From Deltaproteobacteria bacterium (GTDB taxonomy: Bacteria > Bdellovibrionota > FAC87 > UBA2466), in contig JACPWY010000019.1 of NCBI GenBank assembly GCA_016196825.1, positions 22,644 through 86,643 of the forward strand: DNA of 64,000 nucleotides. The letters run 5' to 3'. The translations under genes were made by a program, and so were the position numbers. Position 1 is the stretch's first letter. The number at the start of each line of letters is the position of its first letter. The notes under the pieces are model-generated. The model was not told where the DNA came from and did not search any database. It saw nothing but the letters and a program-made list of their open reading frames with translations. This document shows, piece after piece, positions 45,004-54,519 of this stretch.

Positions 45004-47748
45004 TTACGGCCAGTAACGCATGATCGCGAAGTCGTAGCTGGCCGCCTGCGCATTACCCACCGCCACAATCTTGCCGTCGGACTGCAGCGCCAACCCAAAG
45101 ATGCTGTTGTTGTTGGCGGCGCCGCCGAGGCCTGTGTAATCCGTCTCGACCTGGCCGGTGCTGTTGAAGCTCGCGTCGAGGGCGCCGGCTGAGGTGAGCC
45201 GCATCATCGCGAAGTCTTTCTCCGTGTTTGTCGAGTAGCCGCCGATGATGATGTTGCCCGAGCTATCGATCACAAGCGCCGTGCCATCCGCCGCACCCGC
45301 GCCAATCGCGGTGGTGTAGGTGCCGGCAGTGCCGAAGGTGGCATCGACGGCACCCACAGAGGTCAAGCGCGTCACCGTCATCTGGTTCGAACCCGTCGCG
45401 CTCACGCCGCCGAGGACGATGTTACTGCTCGAGTCGATGGCCATTGCCTTCACGATGTCGGTGCCGGCAGTGACATCAACCGTGGTGTAGCCCGAGGTGC
45501 CGAAGTCCGTGTCGATCGCACCGACCGAGCTCACCTGGGCCACCGCGAACTGATAGGTGCCGGAGAGAGCCGTGCCGGCCATCACGATTTTGCCGCTGGA
45601 AAGAATCGAGAGGGCATAGCAATCATTCTGTGAATTTGCGATCGGGCTGAACACCGCTCTACCCGTGGTGTTGAAGGTCGTGTCGGCCGTTCCATCCGTG
45701 CCGTAGCGAGCGATGGCGAAACGCTTCTTGCCCGCGAGAGAGATGCTGTAACCGACGGCAACCGCTTTGCCATTGCTGTCGAGCGCGAGGCCGCGGAGCA
45801 CATCGTCTTGGCCGTTGAACTGCGTTATGGCGATGCCGCTCGTGCCGTAGGCGGTGTCGATCGCACCGGCCGAAGTCAACCGTACCACCGAGAAGTTGAG
45901 GTCACCCGAGGTGGCCGCCGAACCGCCGACTAGAACTTTGCCATCGGCCTGGATGACTACCGCGTAGGCAACATCGTTTCCACCCGCCGAAACATCGATC
46001 GAAACCTTACCGCCCGTACCGAATGAGGCGTCGAGCGCGCCGGCGGTGCTGTAGCGGGCGACCGCGAAATCCGTGTCGGAGCCGTTGTAGCTCGAACCGG
46101 CGACCACAATCTTGCCATCGCTCTGCAGGGCCACAGCGTATCCGTAGGCATCCGCAGAACCTATCGACGAGGCCACTTGGCCCGTGGTGTTGAAGGTCGT
46201 ATCGAGCGAGCCGGGGTTGCCGATGCCTGTGCCGGTCATCGCGCGGGTCGCGCTCGAGGTCGAGGCATCCGGAAGAGTGTAGTTGACCGTTAGCGTATCG
46301 CTCGCGGCACCGAGGGCGGTCGGGCTGAAGCGGACCACGATTGTGCAGGTGGCGAGGCTTCCGATTGAATTGCCACAGGTGCCGCCGGTGCCGGGGTACG
46401 CACCGCCCTTATATGTGTACGGCGCCGAGAGGGCCGCCCCACTCACGACCGTGGCCGAGCCGTGCTGCGAATTGGTCACCGTGAAGGACTTATCCGTATT
46501 TGTGGTGTTGATGTACTTCGAACCGAAGCTGTAGGTCGCGCCATCTGAAATCGAAAGTGAGGCATAGCCGAGGCCCGTGCCAGCCACATCGCGGGAGGCG
46601 GTCTGCGTGGCGACGCCATCATTATAGGTGAGGTTGATGGTGCTGCTCGTGGCGCCCGTAGCCGTTGGGGAGTATGTCACGATGAGCGTGCAGGTCGCGC
46701 TGCCGGCAAGCGAGGCGCCACAGGTGCCGCCAGTGCCGGGATATGAACCACCCTTGTAACCGTACGGAGCGGCGAGGGCCGGAGTTGTGTTCGAGAACGA
46801 AGTTGCCGTTGCGCTACCCGCGTTTGTGACCGTGAACGTCTTGTCGGCCGTGAGTGTCTCGTAGGTGTCGGGGTAGGTGTAGGTGGCGCCGTCCGAAACC
46901 GAGAGAGAGGCCGGGGTTTGGCCCGTGCCCTGCATCGCGCGCGTGGCCGATTGTGTGCTTGTGCCATCATTGTAAGTGAGGCGGAGCGTGTCCGAGCTCA
47001 GCACCGCGGCCGACGGGGTGTAGCGCACAACCACCGTGCAGGTGCCACTGGCCGCGAGGGTCGCGCCGCAGGTGCCCCCGGTGCCGGGGTAGGCGCCGCC
47101 CTTGAAGGTGAACGGGGCCGCCATCGCGGGGGTGCCAGCCGCCATCGCCGTCGCGCCCACCGTGCCCGTGTTAGTCACGGTGAAACTCTTGTCCGAGGTG
47201 TTGCCGATCACAATCGTTCCATAGTCGTAGGTGGCGCCATTCGAAATCGAGAGGACCGCGCCGTCGGAGGCCGCACCAGTCAGCTGCGTGATGTCCGAGG
47301 TGAGGACGGTCTTGCTGTCGACCCCGTTATAGTAGGTCAAGAAGAGCTCGCCTGTCGCGGCGCCACTTGAGGTCGGGCTGAAAGCAAGAACCACGGTGCA
47401 GGTCTCACCGACCTGAATCACAAGGCCGCAAGTTCCGCCGACGCCGGGGTAGTAACCGCCGAGAAAGGTGAACGGGGCAGTGAGCGACTTGGGTTGCGGG
47501 GCACTCGCGAGGAGGCCACCGTTGTTGGAAAGGGTCAGGTTGGCCGTGACCGTTCCGCCCACGCTTGCCGTGCCGAAATCGATCGGTCCGTTTGTCGCCA
47601 CGAGATTGGCCGGACCAGAGATGAGCTTATCGGAATCTTTTTTCTGCTTGCGGCAAGAAACTGCGGACGCAGCTAAGATAAGCGCGAACCCAACGTATTG
47701 GGCGAAGCGCAGAGAGGCTTTAATTTGTGAGCAGCTACCAACGTACAT
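45004..47748 (-). CDS. large secreted/lipoprotein with N-terminal Gly/Thr-rich Ig-like repeats and C-terminal delta-60-type repeat region
   Basis: Signal/lipobox-like N-terminus (ALILAASAVSC). At least five repeats share FTVTN-G…PY.YKGG.YPGTGGTCG…C…V.(R/T)(Y/F).P(T/S). The C-terminal half has repeated TDFAVARY…G.LD..FG..G motifs, which are delta-60/beta-propeller-like. Confidence 0.6.
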   Translation of the reverse strand: MYVGSCSQIKASLRFAQYVGFALILAASAVSCRKQKKDSDKLISGPANLVATNGPIDFGTASVGGTVTANLTLSNNGGLLASAPQPKSLTAPFTFLGGYYPGVGGTCGLVIQVGETCTVVLAFSPTSSGAATGELFLTYYNGVDSKTVLTSDITQLTGAASDGAVLSISNGATYDYGTIVIGNTSDKSFTVTNTGTVGATAMAAGTPAMAAPFTFKGGAYPGTGGTCGATLAASGTCTVVVRYTPSAAVLSSDTLRLTYNDGTSTQSATRAMQGTGQTPASLSVSDGATYTYPDTYETLTADKTFTVTNAGSATATSFSNTTPALAAPYGYKGGSYPGTGGTCGASLAGSATCTLIVTYSPTATGATSSTINLTYNDGVATQTASRDVAGTGLGYASLSISDGATYSFGSKYINTTNTDKSFTVTNSQHGSATVVSGAALSAPYTYKGGAYPGTGGTCGNSIGSLATCTIVVRFSPTALGAASDTLTVNYTLPDASTSSATRAMTGTGIGNPGSLDTTFNTTGQVASSIGSADAYGYAVALQSDGKIVVAGSSYNGSDTDFAVARYSTAGALDASFGTGGKVSIDVSAGGNDVAYAVVIQADGKVLVGGSAATSGDLNFSVVRLTSAGAIDTAYGTSGIAITQFNGQDDVLRGLALDSNGKAVAVGYSISLAGKKRFAIARYGTDGTADTTFNTTGRAVFSPIANSQNDCYALSILSSGKIVMAGTALSGTYQFAVAQVSSVGAIDTDFGTSGYTTVDVTAGTDIVKAMAIDSSSNIVLGGVSATGSNQMTVTRLTSVGAVDATFGTAGTYTTAIGAGAADGTALVIDSSGNIIIGGYSTNTEKDFAMMRLTSAGALDASFNSTGQVETDYTGLGGAANNNSIFGLALQSDGKIVAVGNAQAASYDFAIMRYWP

Positions 47749-47980
47749 CGTTTGCTCCTAAAGATCTGAATGTCTACAGTCTCTAGAGTACTGGGGGAAT
47801 GTGCTGATGGGATGCGGGCATTGTGAAGAATCCCGCACGGTCTGAGCCTGAGGGGAGAATCGGTTCTCGCACGGGCCCACGAAATTGTGTGAACCGACAT
47901 ATTTCCCCCACAGAAGCACCATACATTGTAGGAGCCGGAAAAGCTGTGGACTCGAGCCTATTGGCTCCGATAACGTATTT

Positions 47981-48493
47981 CCGATGTCCCTTCAAAAGAT
48001 CCTGATCACTGTTCACGATAATCTGGAGCGGGAAAACATTGAACACGCTCTCATTGGGGGGTTGGGGCTAGCCTCTCTTGGAATTCAGCGCGCTACCTTT
48101 GACGTTGATCTTCTTGTTGATGGAAAAGACAAAGCGCGCATCAGTCAATTGATGACCTCGTTGGGATGGCAGATTGCGATGGAAACCAGCGAGGTTCTTC
48201 ATTTCTCTGGCAACGGTAGAGTCGACTTCTTGCTAGCAAATCGGCCATTGGGCCTTGAAATGCTTTCTCTTGCCAAGCCAGGCGCACTGGGAATTCGAGT
48301 GGTGGGCCCAGAGGGAATCATCGGTCTGAAAATTCAGGCCTATAAGAATAGTCCTCGCCGGGAGCTGCAGGATAAAGCCGATATTCTCTCTCTCATGGAA
48401 AAGTTTCCCAAACTTGATTGGAAGAGGGTCAAAGAATATGCAGACCTTTTTGATGAATGGCAGGAAATCGAGAGAATAAAAAACACACTATGA
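47981..48493 (+). CDS. nucleotidyltransferase-fold protein (hypothetical)
   Basis: HALIGGLGLASLGIQRATFDVDLLV is the hG[GS]…[DE]h[DE]h minimal NTase motif. ATG at 47981 is preferred over the longer ORF. A 35-aa ORF (48490-48597) overlaps its stop (ATGA). Confidence 0.4.
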   Translation, partial: PMSLQKILITVHDNLERENIEHALIGGLGLASLGIQRATFDVDLLVDGKDKARISQLMTSLGWQIAMETSEVLHFSGNGRVDFLLANRPLGLEMLSLAKPGALGIRVVGPEGIIGLKIQAYKNSPRRELQDKADILSLMEKFPKLDWKRVKEYADLFDEWQEIERIKNTL

Positions 48494-48606
48494 CGTTTGA
48501 GGAATATCTAAAGTGGCTGGATGAGTTCTGGGAGCTCTTCGGCCCGATCCCCAATCCGCCTTCGGATTCGAGTAAGTATCGGGTATTTAGAATATAACGA
48601 GGAACT

Positions 48607-49569
48607 GTGATCGAAAACATTAGTACGAGGAGCGTGAAGAGTCGTGTCCTGAGCCTTTTTGCAGTGGCTGGCCTTGCCCTTCTCTTTTTTCTCGGGAACC
48701 CGTCCCAATCGAACACAGCCGACAATTTTCAATGGGTCGCGATCAATGTGAATGCGAATCCTCGCCAACAGGCGGATGCCCATCTTTTGCGGTTTCCCAG
48801 CGGTCGCTATTTCTTGATCGACGCCGGACGGTCGGGCGAATTTATCGTGCCGGCGCTGAAGCAGCGAGGAGTGAAACGACTGGAGGCGGTGATCATTTCC
48901 CACGTTCACAAGGATCACTACGGTGGCCTACTGGCTATTCAGCAGAGTGGGATTGAGATCGGAACGGTCTATCGCAATTTGCCTTCTCGTGAAGGGTGTG
49001 GGCGTGAAGTGCCCTGGGGCTGTGATCTCCAGGATATAGACAGCATTTTCTCGACGATATTTCGGCTCGGGATTCCGGTGAAAACTATTCAGACCGGTGA
49101 GACTCTTCACCAAGAGGCGAAACATTCTCTCGACGTCTTGGCGGCGTTTGCCCAGAAATCGGGTGAGTATGAAGCTCCGTCGGTGAACGATATGAGTGCT
49201 GTGCTCCGTCTTAGCGCGGGGAACCGACGAATTCTCTTCACGGGTGATCTCGACAGCCCTGGCGGTGATGAGATCCTGCGGCGGGGGATCGATATTCGCG
49301 CCGATGTGCTGAAGGCCCCTCACCATGGGTGCGAAGGGTTGGTGAGCGAGGCTTTCTTGGAAATGGTCGCCCCGCGCTGGATAGTTGTGCCCGCGCCCAC
49401 AAACCTTTGGAACCAGCCCCGCTGCCGGCGCGTGAAGGATTTTGCAACTCGTCATCGAATCCCTCTTCTGGTCAACGCGATCGATGGTGACATCACATTT
49501 GAGGTGACCCAGGACGAGATCGCCGTTTTCACCCAATTTGGGCCCATCTTGAGTGGGCTAACTCGCTGA
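48607..49569 (+). CDS. MBL-fold metallo-hydrolase with N-terminal signal/TM
   Basis: LEAVIISHVHKDHYGGL is the HxHxDH zinc motif. An additional downstream His (KAPHHG) is present. Confidence 0.7.
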   Translation: MIENISTRSVKSRVLSLFAVAGLALLFFLGNPSQSNTADNFQWVAINVNANPRQQADAHLLRFPSGRYFLIDAGRSGEFIVPALKQRGVKRLEAVIISHVHKDHYGGLLAIQQSGIEIGTVYRNLPSREGCGREVPWGCDLQDIDSIFSTIFRLGIPVKTIQTGETLHQEAKHSLDVLAAFAQKSGEYEAPSVNDMSAVLRLSAGNRRILFTGDLDSPGGDEILRRGIDIRADVLKAPHHGCEGLVSEAFLEMVAPRWIVVPAPTNLWNQPRCRRVKDFATRHRIPLLVNAIDGDITFEVTQDEIAVFTQFGPILSGLTR

Positions 49570-49682
49570 CTTCATTCCGCTTTATAACGTCTCCAAATTG
49601 TGAAGATTTTCGAGAAGATTTAGGACCGATATTCCGATGCGTCTTCTGAGGGAGTGAGACCTCTAGGTGTGTATTTGACGCA

Positions 49683-50621
49683 TTGGGTAATTATTTGAGA
49701 CGAAAATTTTCCATTTTGCTCCTGTTGGTCTTGAGCGCGCCGACGTCGTTGTACGCCCGCTCTCCCGAAGAGTCGGAGTTTTATGCGGCCTCTCTTCTGG
49801 GTGATGACATCGCCCGTTGGGTGATGAAGCTCAACCGCGGACCGATGGCGATCGGAATCTTTTCCGTCTACGCGAATCCACCCTTTGAGGCGGACTACTC
49901 CCAGATTGTAGAGACCGAGGTCGTGAAAAGCTTGGCGAAAGCCGGCGTGGAAAAGGTGTCGACCTGCCCTGAGTGCAGCACGCCCCATGTGACTGTGTCT
50001 GAGGAGCGGCTCATCGTGAAAAAGGGGGCGCCGGATCTCGAGACACTCAAGCGAATCGGGATGAAGCAGCCTATAGACGCCTTCATGACGATCGATCTCT
50101 ATCGCACGAAGCTCGCCGTCATGGCGCAGGTGGTGCTCTACCAGAACCCGACAGCCGTGGTCATCGCCGCCGAACGGTTCCGCGTGCCAGCGATGAGCCT
50201 CACCGATGGAGCGGTTCAGGTCTTGCTGACTTTTGGTGGTGGCCAGGCCATCGGTGGCACGAGTACAACGATGCCGCTGGGTTTCGGTCTCTCGCTCTTA
50301 GAGGAGGTCGGCTTTGGAAAAGCCGGTCTCAGCGCCGGCGCGGTGATGGGAACGGGATCGATCATCTATCTCAATCCCACACTCGCCTGGTTTGGCCGAT
50401 ACGGCGCCTCTTCGCTTTCCTATTCGATCAATTTGGGGCTCGGTTTTGGTTTTGCAGGCGCTGACAAGGGGATTGTCGTCAAAGGGGCCTATGAGATCTA
50501 TTTGGGCTCACTGGCGGTAGCCGGTTTCGACGGGGAGTATTTCATACCGTCGGGCACGGCCACTGCTGGGCAGATGAACGGATATTTCGGAGTGCACGTA
50601 GGGTTTGCGTTCGGTCGTTAG
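49683..50621 (+). CDS. secreted hypothetical protein; Gly-rich C-terminal half suggests a beta-barrel or outer-membrane protein
   Basis: Signal peptide KFSILLLLVLSAPTSLYA. Gly/Ala-rich alternating hydrophobic C-terminal half. First gene of a tightly packed five-gene operon. Confidence 0.45.
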   Translation: MGNYLRRKFSILLLLVLSAPTSLYARSPEESEFYAASLLGDDIARWVMKLNRGPMAIGIFSVYANPPFEADYSQIVETEVVKSLAKAGVEKVSTCPECSTPHVTVSEERLIVKKGAPDLETLKRIGMKQPIDAFMTIDLYRTKLAVMAQVVLYQNPTAVVIAAERFRVPAMSLTDGAVQVLLTFGGGQAIGGTSTTMPLGFGLSLLEEVGFGKAGLSAGAVMGTGSIIYLNPTLAWFGRYGASSLSYSINLGLGFGFAGADKGIVVKGAYEIYLGSLAVAGFDGEYFIPSGTATAGQMNGYFGVHVGFAFGR

Positions 50622-50627
50622 ATACGA

Positions 50628-51293
50628 ATGGAGATTGAAGCAAGGATGCTCAGTCGATCAAAAATTCTGATTCTGCTCACGATCTGGGGGAGATTGGTCT
50701 GGGCTCCACCTGAGTACAAGGTCGAAGAGCAGGGCAATAATCTGATTCTTATCACGCCCGACGGGCGCCGAATCCTTTGGGGCGATCACAATCTTCCGTC
50801 TGAAAGGGCGTACGAATTTGAGATTCCGCTTTCGGAGCTAGCCGAGGATACGATCAAGAAAACCCCCGATCGTGCGCCGACCAGTCTCCCGCCCCAAAAC
50901 TTACCGTCCCCATCCCCGACTCCCTTTTATGACGTGGATTGGGATTGGGAGGAGCCGGACGAAGAGATCGTGATCGCGCCCACTCCGTCACCAACACCGG
51001 TAGTTGTCGCCTCCCCCACGCCCACACCCAGTCCTGTTGTGGAATTCGATGAGAGTGATGGCCTGATTCTCAAGGCCAATCGGCTTTTTCACAAAGGTCG
51101 GTACTACGAAGCGGCGTTGTATGTTGATGAGATCTTGCGCAAGCACCCGACGCACCTACGGGCCTGGCTCATGAAGGGCAGCGCGCTCTACAAGATGGGG
51201 CAAAAGGATATGGCTCAGAAGGCCTGGCAGCAGGCCCAGACTCTCGACACGGAAAAGAAAGTGACCCAAGGAATTCTGGAGCGCTATAAGTGA
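50628..51293 (+). CDS. periplasmic TPR-repeat protein with Pro-rich linker
   Basis: N-terminal signal, PTPSPTP linker, and C-terminal ANRLFHKGRYYEAALYVDEILRKHPTHLRAWLMKGSALYKMGQ (TPR-like). Confidence 0.5.
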   Translation: MEIEARMLSRSKILILLTIWGRLVWAPPEYKVEEQGNNLILITPDGRRILWGDHNLPSERAYEFEIPLSELAEDTIKKTPDRAPTSLPPQNLPSPSPTPFYDVDWDWEEPDEEIVIAPTPSPTPVVVASPTPTPSPVVEFDESDGLILKANRLFHKGRYYEAALYVDEILRKHPTHLRAWLMKGSALYKMGQKDMAQKAWQQAQTLDTEKKVTQGILERYK

Positions 51294-53083
51294 TTCAATT
51301 ATCACTCCTACTAGGAATTCTGGCGTTTGCGGCGCCAGACCCCTACCTTGTCGAGTCGAAGGTGCAGCTCGACCTCGACAACGCGCTTTCCAAGATGATC
51401 CCGCATGAGCTCTATCTGGTTCAGATCCACACGGACGTTGTGACAAAGTCGGAGAGAAAGCTCATCGAAGGTGAGAGTATCCAGGAGCCACAGGTCGTCG
51501 AGGACGACCCGGCTAACGAAGAGCCGATGCCGGGCTATATTCCCGAGCCGGAGCCCTTGTCAGCTAAGAAACATGGTCCACGGGTGAGACAGGTCTTCCG
51601 AGTCGTGGACACGCCGGAACTCCAGATGGTCCATGTCTTGGTGAACTTCGATGACACCGTTGCCCTGGACACCATGAACCGCGCGCGCGCGTTTATTCAG
51701 AGCTATCTCCGAGAGGGATATGCAAACAAGTCGACTTTCGTGTTTGCGCAGGTGCCGATGTTGAAACCACCGAAGCCGTCGGTTGCGCCGACCCCTACGC
51801 CGACACCGGTGGAGTTTGACGATGAGGATATGGAGGAGGATGGATTCGAGTATCCCAAGGCGCCGCTCCCACCGCCTCCGCCAGTGAAACCGGAGCCGAC
51901 TTGGCTCGACAAGGTCTGGGAGGCCAAGTGGTTCTGCCTCGCAGCCTTTGGTGCCCTTCTGTATTTCATCCTGCATTGGCGATCGCTTTCAGTGCGCGCG
52001 ATGAAGAAGAAATTCCCGCAGCCTCTGGCGCCACATCCGCTCGAGAATCTCCTTCGCATCCTGATTCCCGGCCATAATCTGGCGAAGGAGCCCGAGAAGG
52101 GAAAGGCAGGGAGCACTGATGGCGCCGGGGGCACCAAGACGCCAGCTACCGCCGAGGAGCTTGATGAAGAGGCGGCCAAGCACAAGCGCCGCGATAAGAT
52201 GCTCGACAAGTTCTTGATGTTCTCCAAGGCCTTTGCGCCTTACTACCGCACACTTTCGGCCGAGCAGAAGGACGAGCTCTATGGTCTGCTCAAAGGGCCC
52301 ACGATGGATGGACTGATGACCGGTCTCGGGTTTCCGAAACCCAAATCGGAGGTGCCAGAGCCAGGCAATCCAGAAGAGGTTTTTGAAAAACACGAACGGG
52401 ACTTTGCTGAGTACCTGAATGCACGCGATTGGCAAGCGAAGCAGTTTTTCGGATTCCTTTCGGAGCTCTCCGAGGAGCAGCTCGTGAGTCTGGTGAATCA
52501 CGAAACTCCCGTCGCGGTCTGCGCAATGCTTCGGTTCATGAAGCCGCAGCAGTCGGCCTCAATCCTCGAGGCTTTGCCCGCCGGGCGTCGCCTTGAGATT
52601 CTGTCGGCTGTCCCCCAGGTTCAGACGACGCCCTTCACAGAATTGGTCAATATTGAGCGAGAGGTTCGCACGGCCGTTCAGATGATGCCCGCCCATCTCT
52701 TTGGAGCGAAAAAACAAGATGTCGAGTACTGGGGGAATGTGCTTGCCGAGTCGACGAACCAAGATGTCATATTGGGCGACCTCGAAAAGACGAACCCCGA
52801 GATCTACCCCGATTTGAGCAAGTTCAAGTTCAAGTTGGAGGATGTCTCCACCCTACCCGACTCGCTGCTACAGACCATTCTTGCCGAGGCGGACAACGAC
52901 GAGCTCGCGATGGCTTTGTCGACCTGTCCGGATGACGTGTGCGAAGTGATTCTCGATGCCATCTCGCCCCGTCGTCAGGAGATGTTGCGCCAGACCATTC
53001 AAGCTTCAAAGACGGCACCGAAGGAACAGACTAAGGCTGCCCGTGTAAACCTGACCAAGAAATTCAGAGAGGCCATGCAATGA
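51290..53083 (+). CDS. membrane-anchored protein with C-terminal FliG-like (MgtE_N/FliG armadillo) domain
   Basis: Signal peptide, a 200-aa periplasmic domain, a Pro-rich segment and a TM (WFCLAAFGALLYFILHW). The cytoplasmic …ASILEALPAGRRLEILSAVP…LPDSLLQTILAEADNDELAMALSTCPDDVCEVILDAISPRRQEMLRQ resembles FliG middle/C-terminal motifs. It overlaps neighbours by 4 bp. Confidence 0.5.
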   Translation: MIQLSLLLGILAFAAPDPYLVESKVQLDLDNALSKMIPHELYLVQIHTDVVTKSERKLIEGESIQEPQVVEDDPANEEPMPGYIPEPEPLSAKKHGPRVRQVFRVVDTPELQMVHVLVNFDDTVALDTMNRARAFIQSYLREGYANKSTFVFAQVPMLKPPKPSVAPTPTPTPVEFDDEDMEEDGFEYPKAPLPPPPPVKPEPTWLDKVWEAKWFCLAAFGALLYFILHWRSLSVRAMKKKFPQPLAPHPLENLLRILIPGHNLAKEPEKGKAGSTDGAGGTKTPATAEELDEEAAKHKRRDKMLDKFLMFSKAFAPYYRTLSAEQKDELYGLLKGPTMDGLMTGLGFPKPKSEVPEPGNPEEVFEKHERDFAEYLNARDWQAKQFFGFLSELSEEQLVSLVNHETPVAVCAMLRFMKPQQSASILEALPAGRRLEILSAVPQVQTTPFTELVNIEREVRTAVQMMPAHLFGAKKQDVEYWGNVLAESTNQDVILGDLEKTNPEIYPDLSKFKFKLEDVSTLPDSLLQTILAEADNDELAMALSTCPDDVCEVILDAISPRRQEMLRQTIQASKTAPKEQTKAARVNLTKKFREAMQ

Positions 53084-53856
53084 TAGTCAAAATGTTCGGA
53101 TTCGCCATATTGGTGGGCTGTCTTTTTATAGTCTTCGAGTTCGAATCCCAATCGGAAGCCACGGGCATCATGCGAATCTTTCACTGGCCGGCTATGGTGT
53201 TGACCGGAATCGGTCCGACGGCCCTCGTGTTTATGTGTTCGGAGGTGCGGGCCTTTTTTCAAACGATTGGATTTGTCTTTGGTCGCTCCGCCATGAAGGT
53301 TAAAAAGAAACATGATGTCGAATTGATGTTGCTGCAGAAGATCTCAAAGGACTTCTACACGCAAGGCCCGAAAGTGTTTGAAACGGTGCAGGTGAAAGGT
53401 CTTTCGGCGTTTATCGTGAAAACGATCGATCGCCTGTCGATCCGAATGCCTACGCCGGACGTTCGCGAGCTCCTGCAATCGGAATGTGAACGGGTGGAGC
53501 ACAACATGAAGAACTGCGTAAGTGTGCTTGGAATGGGTATCAAGCTCACCCCCTCCGTAGGAATGTTGGGAACCATCATGGGAATGGTGAACCTGCTCGC
53601 CAATATGCAGGATCCCTCGACAATCGGCTCCTCAATGAGCTTAGCCCTTCTCACGACATTCTTTGGACTGTTTTTTTCCATGACCGTTTGGACACCGCTT
53701 CAGGCGAAGGTTGATCGGGTCATGACGGCGGAAATCGATGCCTATGAAAAAACGATTCGTTGGCTTGAGACTTTAGAAAAACGCAAACCGGCGACCTACT
53801 TTGCTGACGCGGTCAATATCAAAGTGATCGATGCAGCTCCAGCCGGAAAGAAATAG
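53080..53856 (+). CDS. MotA/TolQ/ExbB family proton-channel protein
   Basis: Four TM helices with a large cytoplasmic loop between TM2 and TM3. Conserved LGMGIKLTPSVGMLGTIMGMVNLL in TM3 resembles the MotA/ExbB signature. 258 aa. Confidence 0.7.
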   Translation: MIVKMFGFAILVGCLFIVFEFESQSEATGIMRIFHWPAMVLTGIGPTALVFMCSEVRAFFQTIGFVFGRSAMKVKKKHDVELMLLQKISKDFYTQGPKVFETVQVKGLSAFIVKTIDRLSIRMPTPDVRELLQSECERVEHNMKNCVSVLGMGIKLTPSVGMLGTIMGMVNLLANMQDPSTIGSSMSLALLTTFFGLFFSMTVWTPLQAKVDRVMTAEIDAYEKTIRWLETLEKRKPATYFADAVNIKVIDAAPAGKK

Positions 53857-53868
53857 AGGACTACTGAA

Positions 53869-54507
53869 ATGAGCGGCGGCGGTGACGATGAGTTTCTGTG
53901 GCTGATGAGTTTGAGCGATCTAATGATTCTGCTCTTCATCTTTTTCGTCGTACTTTTTAGCTTCACCTATAAGAAGGTGAAAAACGTCGACATGTCTCGG
54001 ATCGCGGAGATCATGCGCACCGGGAAGGCCTCCGAGACCCCGGCTGAAAAGCTACAAAAGAAGATGGAAGAGTTCACAAAGCAGGAGCATCTCGACCAGA
54101 TGATCGAGGTGGTCCGTGAGGAAGACACCGTTCGTCTCGAGATCAAGGACAAGGTTCTCTTTGCTAGCGGCGATTATATTCCCACGGAGGGTGGAGTCAT
54201 TGTTCTGGCAAAATTGTCGAAGGTGCTGGAAACAGTCCCCAAGGAGTTTCAGATAGGAATTGAGGGCCACACCGATGACGTCCCCTTGCGAGGCGCCTCG
54301 ATTCGAGACAACTGGGAGCTCGCGGCTCGTCGTTCTCTCGCTGTCTTTTACGTGATGAACGTGACTCCCGAACTGCTCAAAAGAATTGTTGTCATGGCCT
54401 ACGGCGACCAACGCCCACTCGTCCCCAACCGCGACCCCGCCGGCAATTCCCTCCCGGAAAACCAGGCTAAAAACCGCCGTGTCACCGTCCGCATCTTCCA
54501 ACTCTAA
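53869..54507 (+). CDS. MotB-like protein with OmpA-family peptidoglycan-binding domain
   Basis: N-terminal FLWLMSLSDLMILLFIFFVVLF with a conserved Asp, like the MotB plug/TM. C-terminal IEGHTDDVPL…NWELAARRSLAV…NRRVTVRI is the OmpA/MotB PG-binding motif. Confidence 0.7.
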   Translation: MSGGGDDEFLWLMSLSDLMILLFIFFVVLFSFTYKKVKNVDMSRIAEIMRTGKASETPAEKLQKKMEEFTKQEHLDQMIEVVREEDTVRLEIKDKVLFASGDYIPTEGGVIVLAKLSKVLETVPKEFQIGIEGHTDDVPLRGASIRDNWELAARRSLAVFYVMNVTPELLKRIVVMAYGDQRPLVPNRDPAGNSLPENQAKNRRVTVRIFQL

Positions 54508-54519
54508 AGCAACTCTCTA

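Noticed and set aside
53080-54507. Zorya-type (ZorAB) anti-phage system as the identity of the MotA/MotB pair
   Set aside because: ZorA proteins have a very long cytoplasmic tail. This MotA is a standard 258 aa and no ZorC/ZorD/ZorE-like genes follow. The operon context (TPR, FliG-like) fits a motor or envelope machine better.
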